A DNA stretch of 32,000 bases from an unidentified eubacterium SCB49 (lineage in GTDB: Bacteria > Bacteroidota > Bacteroidia > Flavobacteriales > Flavobacteriaceae): contig ABCO01000010.1 of the NCBI GenBank assembly GCA_000170815.1, positions 81,652-113,651 of the forward strand. Reading direction: 5' to 3'. The position numbers and the translations under genes are program-made. Positions 24,336-32,000 of this stretch are shown here, piece after piece (within the stretch, counting starts at the first letter, position 1; every line of letters begins with the position of its first letter). Under the pieces are notes generated by a model. The model worked only from the letters and a program-made list of their open reading frames with translations, did no database searches and was not told the DNA's origin.

Positions 24336-26054
24336 CTAACTAGTTAAATTATTTAACGAAGTCTGAATATCCTTAATTCTTTGGTCTAATACTGTGTCAG
24401 TATTGCCTCCTTGCACTGTCACGCTCATATAAAATTTAATTTTAGGCTCTGTTCCGCTAGGTCTTGCTGCTATTTTGCTACCATCTTCAGTATAATAGAT
24501 AAGTACATTTGATTTTGGTATCTCTATTGTTTCTGAAATATTCTTAACCAGATCTTTTGATTCACTTGTTAGGTAATCTTCTATTCTAACTACTTTGCTA
24601 CCGTTAATTTCTGTAAATGGGTTTTCGCGTAATTGTTTTAGTATTTCGGCAATTTCTTCGGCACCCTTTTTTCCTTTTTTCACTACGGAAATGAGATGTT
24701 CTTTGTAATAGCCCACTTCGTTTTGAACTGTATTAAAATAATCTAGCAATGTATTTCCTTTTGCTTTCTCTATTGCTGCAATTTCGCAAGCGAGTAGGGT
24801 AGCGGTTACGGCATCTTTATCTCTAACAAAATCACCTACCATATAACCAAAACTTTCTTCGCCACCACCTACAAAATCTAACTCTGGAAAGTCTTTCACC
24901 ATTTTTGCAATCCACTTAAAGCCAGTAAGTCCTTCTTTGTACATAACGCCAAATTTTGCTGCGATCTTAGCAATCATAGGTGTTGATACTATAGTAGATG
25001 CAATAAAGTGCTTTTGGTTGAGTGCTTTTTGTTCTTTTAATTGGTCTAACAAGAAATAGGTTTTTATAGCCATTGCTTGGTTCCCGTTTAAAATTTGCAT
25101 TTTGCCATCACTGTCACGAACGGCAATACCTAGGCGGTCACAATCTGGGTCTGTACCAATCACGATATCTGCCTGTTCTTTATCTGCTAGTGCTATTGCC
25201 ATTGATAATGCCTCTGGTTCTTCTGGATTAGGAGAAACAACGGTTGGGAAATCGCCATCAGGGCTTTCTTGTTCTTTTACTAGATGTACATTAGTATAAC
25301 CAGCATCTTCGAGTACTCTTGGAATCATTGTGATTGATGTTCCGTGTAGCGAAGTGAACACGACTTTAAGATTTTCGCGCAAGCTGTTATCTTTTACTTT
25401 GCAGCCATTTTTTAAAGATGCGGCTGCAAAAGCATCATCTACTTCTTTGTCAATCGCTTTAATAAGCGTGTTATCGCCTTTAAAGTTAATATCGTTATAA
25501 TCTAGACTGTTTATCAAATCTATGATCTCTCCATCTTGTGGCGGAACTAGTTGGCCTCCATCTTGCCAGTACACTTTGTAGCCGTTGTATTCTGGTGGAT
25601 TGTGTGATGCTGTTAAGACAATCCCACAATGACACTCTAGGTGTTTTACAGCAAACGAAAGTTCTGGCGTAGGGCGAAGGTCAGTAAAAAGATATACGTG
25701 TATTCCGTTTGCGGAAAATACATCTGCTACCACTTTTGCGAGTTCTTTACTATTGTGTCTGCAATCATAAGCGATGGCAACTTTTAAAGTTTCAGAAGGA
25801 AATTGTTTTTTTAAGTATTCTGAAATTCCTTGTGTGTTTTTTCCTAGCGTATATTTATTGATTCTGTTATCGCCAACTCCCATTACACCACGCATACCAC
25901 CTGTTCCAAACGCTAAAGATTTGTAGAAACTATCTTCTAGACCTTCAGGGTCGTGGGCGATCATTTCTTTAATCTCTTCTTGAGTTTCTTTATCAAAAGT
26001 AGGGGTGAGCCAGGTATTAACTTTGTCTAATATGCTTGGGTCTATGTGTATCAT
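24336..26054 (-). CDS. Phospho-sugar mutase (phosphoglucomutase/phosphomannomutase family)
   Basis: 572 aa with the active-site loop [13 protein letters not shown], the Mg-binding GTDPDCDR, and the sugar-binding GEESFG. Confidence 0.92.
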   Translation of the reverse strand: MIHIDPSILDKVNTWLTPTFDKETQEEIKEMIAHDPEGLEDSFYKSLAFGTGGMRGVMGVGDNRINKYTLGKNTQGISEYLKKQFPSETLKVAIAYDCRHNSKELAKVVADVFSANGIHVYLFTDLRPTPELSFAVKHLECHCGIVLTASHNPPEYNGYKVYWQDGGQLVPPQDGEIIDLINSLDYNDINFKGDNTLIKAIDKEVDDAFAAASLKNGCKVKDNSLRENLKVVFTSLHGTSITMIPRVLEDAGYTNVHLVKEQESPDGDFPTVVSPNPEEPEALSMAIALADKEQADIVIGTDPDCDRLGIAVRDSDGKMQILNGNQAMAIKTYFLLDQLKEQKALNQKHFIASTIVSTPMIAKIAAKFGVMYKEGLTGFKWIAKMVKDFPELDFVGGGEESFGYMVGDFVRDKDAVTATLLACEIAAIEKAKGNTLLDYFNTVQNEVGYYKEHLISVVKKGKKGAEEIAEILKQLRENPFTEINGSKVVRIEDYLTSESKDLVKNISETIEIPKSNVLIYYTEDGSKIAARPSGTEPKIKFYMSVTVQGGNTDTVLDQRIKDIQTSLNNLTS

Positions 26055-26215
26055 TTGTTTGCTGAAATTGTAGTGTAAAAATACGAGTTTTTAAAAGAAG
26101 TATTTTATCGCATTTAATGTTGTGAGATTGAGCGAAATAAAATTGATTACATCGCTAAGTTAATTGTCTTGGGCTATGCTAAGACTAACATTTTTTTAAA
26201 CTCTAGGCTTCTAGA

Positions 26216-27157
26216 TTAAATCGTTTCTTTAATAATATAATCTGCGGTGTTCTTTTTTGTTCTTAAAATAAGTTCGCCGATAAAGCCTGCTAAAAAGAGT
26301 TGAGATCCTAATAGCATTGCGGTCAACGAAATATAAAACTCTGGTCGTTCTGTAATGAGACGGCCTGTTTCATTAATAAATAACTTATCTATACCAAGAT
26401 ACATCGCAAAACAGAAACCGATAAATAACATAATCGCTCCCCAGGCGCCAAAAAGGTGCATAGGTCTTTTGCCAAAACTTGATAAAAACCAAATGGTAAT
26501 TAAATCTAGAAAACCACGAATAAAGCGTTCTGCGCCAAATTTAGTTTCACCATATTTACGTGCTTGGTGTTGCACTACTTTTTCGCCAATTTTTGCAAAG
26601 CCTGCGTTTTTGGCAAGTACAGGTATGTAGCGGTGCATTTCGCCAGTAACTTCTATGGTCTTAATCACTTCATTGCGATAGGCTTTAAGACCGCAGTTAA
26701 AATCGTTTAACTGTACACCCGATGTTTTACGAGCTGCAAAGTTGAAGAGTTTTGAGGGAAGATTTTTACCTAGTATTGGATCAAAACGTTTTTTCTTCCA
26801 TCCAGAAACGAGATCGTATTTCTCGTTAGTAATCATAGTATAGAGTTCTGGTATTTCTTCTGGATTATCCTGTAAATCTGCATCCATTGTAATCACAACA
26901 TCGCCCTTCGCCATAGCAAAGCCGGCATGTAAAGCTTGCGATTTTCCGAAGTTTTTAAGAAAACGAATTGCTTTAACCTCTGTATGTGCTTTATGTAATG
27001 CTGAGATTATTTTCCAAGAACTATCTGTACTACCATCATCTATAAAAATGACTTCATATAAAAGACCATTGGATTGCAAGGTTTTTGCAATCCAATGGTA
27101 TAATTCTTCTAAAGACTCCTCTTCATTGAGAAGTGGTATGATGATAGATAAATTCAT
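26216..27157 (-). CDS. Family 2 glycosyltransferase, polyprenyl-phosphate sugar transferase type (DPM1/ArnC/GtrB-like)
   Basis: 313 aa with LSIIIPLLNEE, DDGSTDSS and DADLQD (DxD), plus two C-terminal TM helices as in the GtrB/ArnC class. Confidence 0.88.
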   Translation of the reverse strand: MNLSIIIPLLNEEESLEELYHWIAKTLQSNGLLYEVIFIDDGSTDSSWKIISALHKAHTEVKAIRFLKNFGKSQALHAGFAMAKGDVVITMDADLQDNPEEIPELYTMITNEKYDLVSGWKKKRFDPILGKNLPSKLFNFAARKTSGVQLNDFNCGLKAYRNEVIKTIEVTGEMHRYIPVLAKNAGFAKIGEKVVQHQARKYGETKFGAERFIRGFLDLITIWFLSSFGKRPMHLFGAWGAIMLFIGFCFAMYLGIDKLFINETGRLITERPEFYISLTAMLLGSQLFLAGFIGELILRTKKNTADYIIKETI

Positions 27158-27691
27158 TTATTCTAAATGCGCTGGTTTCTCTACTTTCATAATTAAACCA
27201 CTAATTAAAGAGATAACAAAGCCAAAGAAAAGTGACATAATAATACCCATAGCAGCCATAACTACTGGGCTAGTCATTTTTTCTGTGATAGACAAAGCCA
27301 TTTCCATTTGCTCTTCTGTCATATTAGGGTTTTGTTCTACCATATCATTACTGGCTTTTTCTATGATGTTTGCAGTAAAATCTGGCTCTATAACTGTTGT
27401 AAATATAAAGTTGAAAAATACGCCTATAATACCAGCAAGAAGAGCTACTGCTAATCCTACTTTTATGGCTTCACTAAGCGATAAAAAACCGCTATTATCT
27501 TTTTTAAACGCCTTTAATGCATAAACGATACACCCTAGCATTATTACAAAACTTAATACGCTTTGCCACCAAGGCTGCTCATAGGTTTGCCCCATAGCAT
27601 ACACTACTACAGATAGCATTACAGATGCTAACCCTAGAATTAGCCCATATTGCATGGCTACTTTTTTTACAGATCCTTTTTCGATTTCCAT
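27158..27691 (-). CDS. DUF4199-like integral membrane protein
   Basis: About 4 TM helices. I chose the start at MEIEKGSVKKVAMQYGL (ATG at 27691) over the longer ORF start at 27730. Its stop codon abuts the GT2 start codon (TAA at 27160-27158, ATG at 27157-27155). Confidence 0.7.
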   Translation of the reverse strand: MEIEKGSVKKVAMQYGLILGLASVMLSVVVYAMGQTYEQPWWQSVLSFVIMLGCIVYALKAFKKDNSGFLSLSEAIKVGLAVALLAGIIGVFFNFIFTTVIEPDFTANIIEKASNDMVEQNPNMTEEQMEMALSITEKMTSPVVMAAMGIIMSLFFGFVISLISGLIMKVEKPAHLE

Positions 27692-28069
27692 TTTTAAAAA
27701 ATTTAGTTGGTTTGTATGGTTAGTAAACAAAAGTACTGAAATGTTACGGGATGGTCATAAAATTTATTGGGTGATTACTATATATTAGTGTTTTCATAAA
27801 AAAACAGAAAATGTTTTTTAGCGATTAAGGTTGTGATGATACAATAACTTCTCAAATATGAATGTCTTAACTATTGTGTAAGAGATGATTCTCTTTTTGA
27901 TGCTATTTAATTAAGGTACATGATGTTTTATACTTGATGTTTTTTAAGAAAGCTCTGTAAAAAATGATTTGTTGTATTGGATTTCTTAGTATTTTTGTTG
28001 GAACAATGCTTAATTTGATAGGTAAATTAAGCGTCGCTAAAATTTTATAAAAAAAAACAAAATATTGTG

Positions 28070-28099
28070 TTGCTATTTTAGTAATAATACTTAAATTTG
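28070..28099 (+). promoter_or_regulatory. Consensus Bacteroidota promoter (TTG-N19-TAaaTTTG) of rpmE
   Basis: TTG lies at 28070-28072 and TAAATTTG at 28092-28099, with exact 19-nt spacing, about 48 nt upstream of the ATG. Confidence 0.7.
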
Positions 28100-28147
28100 C
28101 ACTCGCATTTCCGAAAGGTCGGTGATGCTATTTTAAAAGAATAAAAG

Positions 28148-28429
28148 ATGAAAAAAGGTATCCATCCAGAAAATTATAGATTAGTAGCATTTAAAGACAT
28201 GTCAAACGACGAAGTTTTTATCACTAAATCTACAGCAAATACAAAAGAAACAATTGAAGTTGATGGCGTTGAGTATCCTGTTGTAAAAATGGAGATCTCA
28301 AGAACTTCTCACCCATTTTACACTGGGAAATCTAAACTTATTGATACTGCAGGACGTATTGACAAGTTTAAAAACAAATATGCAAAATTTAAGAAGCCAG
28401 CAGCTGCACCAGCAAAAGACGCAGAATAA
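28148..28429 (+). CDS. rpmE: 50S ribosomal protein L31, type B (no zinc-binding cysteines)
   Basis: 93 aa with [10 protein letters not shown]...HPFYTGK. The protein has no Cys at all, so it is the non-Zn (type B) form. It has an Ala/Pro/Lys-rich C-terminal extension. Confidence 0.93.
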   Translation: MKKGIHPENYRLVAFKDMSNDEVFITKSTANTKETIEVDGVEYPVVKMEISRTSHPFYTGKSKLIDTAGRIDKFKNKYAKFKKPAAAPAKDAE

Positions 28430-28450
28430 TCTTTTAGTGCTTAGCTAATG

Positions 28451-28526
28451 ATGTATGTTTTTACATACATTTTGGTTTTATTATCATAGAATAGCCTTCG
28501 GTATTTTACCGAGGGCTTTTTGTTTT
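28451..28526 (+). terminator. Two tandem intrinsic terminators after rpmE
   Basis: The first hairpin is ATGTATGT-TTTT-ACATACAT (28451-28470) followed by TTTGGTTTT. The second is AGCCTTCGG (28493-28501) with CCGAGGGCT (28509-28517) followed by TTTTTGTTTTT. Confidence 0.7.
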
Positions 28527-28624
28527 TCTTTTTGTCTGCTATTTTAATAATGGTAGTTTAAGTTAATAACTTGTTTAATTCTAGTTACTTTTAGCTTTAG
28601 AATTCATTTAAACACAATACATAT

Positions 28625-29272
28625 ATGCCTCCAATAGATATTGCGACCCTTATTATAATTGCAGCAAACGTACTAATATCGATCAAAGGATTTAACGACT
28701 TTACATTTTTTGAAAAATATAAATTTAATATTGCTAGTATAAGACGAGGTGAGCATTTAAGAATGTTTTCATCTGGTTTTTTACACGCAGATTTTTCACA
28801 TTTGCTTTTTAATATGCTTACGCTTTATTTTTTTGCAGGCGTCGTTATTAATTTTTTAGGGACACCAAAGTTTGTAATTATCTATATCGCAAGTTTGTTG
28901 CTAGGTAGTTTGTTGTCTTTTTATTTTCATAAAGATGAGTACCATTATAGTGCAATAGGTGCTAGTGGAGCAGTAACAGGAATTTTATACGCTGCTATTT
29001 TGTTTGTGCCAGATCAAAATTTGTATTTGTTTTTTGCCTTGCCAATACCTGCGTGGTTATTTGGAGTAGGTTATTTATTATACTCTATTTATGGAATGAA
29101 AAATAGAGTTGGTAATATAGGGCACGATGCACATTTTGGAGGTGCGATAGCGGGTTACGTGTTAACGATTGCTTTTGCTCCGGGATTAATTACGCATTCT
29201 ACCTGGATAGTTCTGTTGCTTGCTGTGCCAATAATTTTGTTATTTGTGCTTTATAAGCTAGGGAAGATTTAA
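28625..29272 (+). CDS. Rhomboid-family intramembrane serine protease
   Basis: 215 aa with 6 TM helices, HADFSHLLFNM (H-x4-H-x3-N), the catalytic Ser in GASGAVTG, and the catalytic His in HDAHFGGAIAG. Confidence 0.88.
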   Translation: MPPIDIATLIIIAANVLISIKGFNDFTFFEKYKFNIASIRRGEHLRMFSSGFLHADFSHLLFNMLTLYFFAGVVINFLGTPKFVIIYIASLLLGSLLSFYFHKDEYHYSAIGASGAVTGILYAAILFVPDQNLYLFFALPIPAWLFGVGYLLYSIYGMKNRVGNIGHDAHFGGAIAGYVLTIAFAPGLITHSTWIVLLLAVPIILLFVLYKLGKI

Positions 29273-29283
29273 GGCTACAGAGA

Positions 29284-29328
29284 TTAAATTAGTTAAAAAA
29301 AGAAATCCATTTCAAATTGAAATGGATT
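29284..29328. terminator. Bidirectional intrinsic terminator between convergent genes
   Basis: A perfect 13-bp stem, AGAAATCCATTTC (29291-29303) with GAAATGGATTTCT (29309-29321), is flanked by A7 upstream and T7 downstream. Confidence 0.85.
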
Positions 29329-29356
29329 TCTTTTTTTAATATGTTTTGCTAGAGAT

Positions 29357-30469
29357 CTAGTCAAGTAGCTTTGCTATTTTAGCTCCTAAAGCAGGACCTC
29401 TTAGGTTTTTTGCAATAATCTTACCGTTTTCATCTAATAAAAATGTAGCAGGAATAGAGCGTACGTTATATTGTTTTGCAATAGGGTCGTTCCAAAACTG
29501 AAGGTTAGAGACGTGATACCAGTCCATATTGTCATCTTCAATTGCTTTAATCCATCTTTCTCTTTGGCCTTTTCGATCTAGAGAAACACTTATGATGTTT
29601 AAACCTTTATCGTGATATTTGTTGTATACAGAAACCACGTTTGGGTTTTCCATTCTACACGGTCTACACCAAGATGCCCAAAAATCTATAATGGTATATT
29701 TACCTAGTGCATCATCAAGTGATAGTGTTTCGCCTTCTGGTGTTGGTGCAGAAAATTTAGGCGCATCACCACCAATAGATGATTTTGCAACCGCATTTAC
29801 TGCTGCTTTAATTTTTGTTGCTTGTGTTGATTTACTCACTTTAGGTGATAAATTGTTGACAGAAGCTAAAGCTTTATCTGCTGTGATATCTCCTTTTGTG
29901 AACATTTCAGAAATAAGCATAGCGCTATATAGTGCATTAGGATTCTCTTCTATAAAAGATAATTTAACCTCTTTTTCTCTACCCGCATCACCTCTGTTCT
30001 GTTGCTGTATTTGGATCATTTTATCACGGTCATTTGCCATACGTGCTTTGTTAAATTCGGTGGTGCGTTCTCTTCTCATAGCTGCAATCGCAGATAGATC
30101 TTTTTGAAATTGATTAAAATTATCATTTTGAGGACTTCCAGTAATTGAAGATGCGTCTATACTGTCTTTATAGATAACAGCTTTTAGATTTGTGTTTTCT
30201 GGAAAATAGAAAAGCATTTTTTTGGTATAGTCTGGTTTTAGGTAATTCATTCCTAAGGCATCTGTTTTAGGATAGGTGCCAGAAAATGATGCGTCTTGAA
30301 TAATAAGGGTGTCAATTACTTTAGGTTGATTGTTTGCGTCTAGACTGTAAACGTAAACTCTAGCTCCATCAGGATAGCCAACAGTAGTTCCTTGTAAGGT
30401 GTATGTTGTAGAATTATCTGCACAACTCATTAGTAGTAACAGAGAAGAAAGTGCGAAAAGGTATCTCAT
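29357..30469 (-). CDS. TlpA/ResA-like thiol-disulfide oxidoreductase lipoprotein (thioredoxin fold with N-terminal beta-rich domain)
   Basis: 370 aa with the lipobox LLLMSC and the C-terminal thioredoxin domain active site WASWCRPC. Confidence 0.88.
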   Translation of the reverse strand: MRYLFALSSLLLLMSCADNSTTYTLQGTTVGYPDGARVYVYSLDANNQPKVIDTLIIQDASFSGTYPKTDALGMNYLKPDYTKKMLFYFPENTNLKAVIYKDSIDASSITGSPQNDNFNQFQKDLSAIAAMRRERTTEFNKARMANDRDKMIQIQQQNRGDAGREKEVKLSFIEENPNALYSAMLISEMFTKGDITADKALASVNNLSPKVSKSTQATKIKAAVNAVAKSSIGGDAPKFSAPTPEGETLSLDDALGKYTIIDFWASWCRPCRMENPNVVSVYNKYHDKGLNIISVSLDRKGQRERWIKAIEDDNMDWYHVSNLQFWNDPIAKQYNVRSIPATFLLDENGKIIAKNLRGPALGAKIAKLLD

Positions 30470-30609
30470 AACGTGATCTTTTTTTGTAAAAATATAGAAT
30501 TTAAAATAGTCTTTAGGAGAGACATCAAATATTTGTTAAAAATTGACCTGTTTCTCGTAAAACGTGTGTAATATTGCTATATTGAAGTACTGTTAAGTTG
30601 TGTAAAGAA

Positions 30610-32000
30610 ATGATGACAAAAGGAGATTTTCCATTTAAGATAAAGGTAGGTTTTAAGAAACTTATAGACCAATATGAGGTTTTAGCTTCTTCAGATAATG
30701 ATATAGTAGCTCAAAAAGCTCAAAGTATACTTGCTTATGCTAAAGAGGATAGTCGGCTTATTGATGGTTATGAAACACTGGAAGAACTGAGTGAAAATAA
30801 GGTTGTAATAGAAAAAGTTACAGAAGACTTGTTTACTTCTGTTTTGGAGCATAATGAAATTAAATTTGCAACATTACCTTTTCAAGAGATTATATTTAAA
30901 TCTACACAACGATTTAAAAACATCATAAATGAAGCTGGTGCTGAGTATGTGCCAACCATACAAAATTTTGATGAAGACCATTATTATATAATGGGTTGTA
31001 GTATTATTTTAAACCTATATTATGGTTTTCAATTAGATTTTAGAAGGCCATTTTATTATGAAATTCCAGATGAAAGAGGGTTGATTAAAACCTATCGTAT
31101 TCTCTATAATGGTGATTTTATTGAGTTAGAAAAAACCGAGAATGCTAAAGAAATTACAGATGAAGACGTAGCAGATTTATTAGATAATTTTGAAAACATA
31201 GATATCTGGAAAGAGAAATTTCCGCCCCATAGTTGGATATTTAAAGGATTTGTAATAGCTAATTTAATTGATGTTACTGCAGATGCAGCAATATCAAGTT
31301 TTAAAACTTTTTTGTTAAATCAAGATAGTTTGCGACCAACCTTAACTGAAAATATTGAAGAGATTTTTAGAAACCTTTTAAATTTACCAGAGTTAAAAGT
31401 TGGATTTACAGATTTTAATGAAGAGGATGATACCTTTGAGAGAATGCTCTATAAAAATGTTAAGAGCTTTATTTTAGATGGTAAAAAAACACAGGTGAGT
31501 AGAGAGGCATTATGTGATGCTTCTTATTACACTTTGTTTAAGAAAAACGAATATTATTGTATTTCAGACACAGAGCGATACCATAGACTTTATCCAGAAA
31601 ACATATTATATAAAAAGCTCTTAGACCAAAATATTAAGAGTGCAATACTAGTACCTGTTGTTCAAAACGGAAATGTTATAGGTTTGCTAGAATTGGTAAG
31701 TTATCATTCAAGAAGACTTAATAGCATAAAGGCACACAAACTTAGAGATGTGATGCCGTTTTTAGAAGACGCAGTTATTAGAGCTAAAGAGGCTATAGAA
31801 AATGAACTAGAACTCATTATTCAAGAAGAATGTACTTCTATTCATAAGAGTGTACACTGGAAATTTAGACGAGAAGCCAAACGGTATGTTATGGCTGCAG
31901 CACAGCATAATCCTGTATATTTTAGAGAGATTGTCTTTGAAGATGTGTACCCTTTATATGGTCAAATGGACATAAAAGGTTCTTCTACCGCTAGAAATAC
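30610..32000 (+). CDS. GAF-domain-containing signalling protein, 5' part (ORF runs off the window)
   Basis: This ORF is not in the supplied track. I translated 30610 to 32000 codon by codon: 463 codons with no stop (MMTKGDFPFKIKVGFKK ... YPLYGQMDIKGSSTARN). The segment SAILVPVVQNGNVIGLLELVSY looks like the end of a GAF domain. The rest is unrecognised. Confidence 0.75.
   Translation, partial: MMTKGDFPFKIKVGFKKLIDQYEVLASSDNDIVAQKAQSILAYAKEDSRLIDGYETLEELSENKVVIEKVTEDLFTSVLEHNEIKFATLPFQEIIFKSTQRFKNIINEAGAEYVPTIQNFDEDHYYIMGCSIILNLYYGFQLDFRRPFYYEIPDERGLIKTYRILYNGDFIELEKTENAKEITDEDVADLLDNFENIDIWKEKFPPHSWIFKGFVIANLIDVTADAAISSFKTFLLNQDSLRPTLTENIEEIFRNLLNLPELKVGFTDFNEEDDTFERMLYKNVKSFILDGKKTQVSREALCDASYYTLFKKNEYYCISDTERYHRLYPENILYKKLLDQNIKSAILVPVVQNGNVIGLLELVSYHSRRLNSIKAHKLRDVMPFLEDAVIRAKEAIENELELIIQEECTSIHKSVHWKFRREAKRYVMAAAQHNPVYFREIVFEDVYPLYGQMDIKGSSTARN

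Noticed and set aside
26166-26197. Hairpin GTCTT-GGGCTATGCT-AAGAC followed by T7, which looks like an intrinsic terminator on the + strand.
   Set aside because: Both flanking genes are on the minus strand, where the hairpin is not followed by a U-run. The 5-bp stem is weak. I found no + strand gene that it could terminate.

Overview
This is an AT-rich chromosomal segment that looks like Bacteroidota/Flavobacteriia. The r-protein promoters match TTG-N19-TAnnTTTG exactly, there are no Shine-Dalgarno sequences, and DUF4199, DUF2147 and CarboxypepD_reg-type proteins are present. I count about 30 protein-coding genes, nearly all housekeeping: two MsbA-like ABC exporters, cobB sirtuin, trmH-like SpoU methylase, rdgB, a DeaD-like DEAD-box helicase, ALDH3-type aldehyde dehydrogenase, rlmH, nadC, YihY/BrkB, priA, a LytTR response regulator, rpsF-rpsR-rplI, phospho-sugar mutase, a GT2 polyprenyl-phosphate glycosyltransferase, rpmE (type B), a rhomboid protease and a TlpA-like thiol-disulfide oxidoreductase. 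A long GAF-domain ORF runs off the 3' end and is missing from the supplied ORF track. I saw no tRNA, rRNA, transposase, integrase, CRISPR array or recognisable defence, toxin or secretion gene cluster, so I cannot support a novel protein-encoded system here. The unusual content is non-coding. (1) Two tandem arrays of long-hairpin (palindromic) units flank the cobB gene: 5.3 x 154-155 bp at 2684-3508 and 3.5 x 185 bp at 4275-4918. (2) The arms of both arrays, and of a solo copy at 24246-24316, share the consensus GTCA-N3-TGAGC-N2-3-GTCGAA with a conserved mismatch bubble. (3) Several intergenic spacers are built almost entirely from degenerate 7-bp tandem repeats that lack G or C on the sense strand of the downstream gene. 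Product calls rest on motif recognition by eye; no BLAST, HMM or folding software was run.
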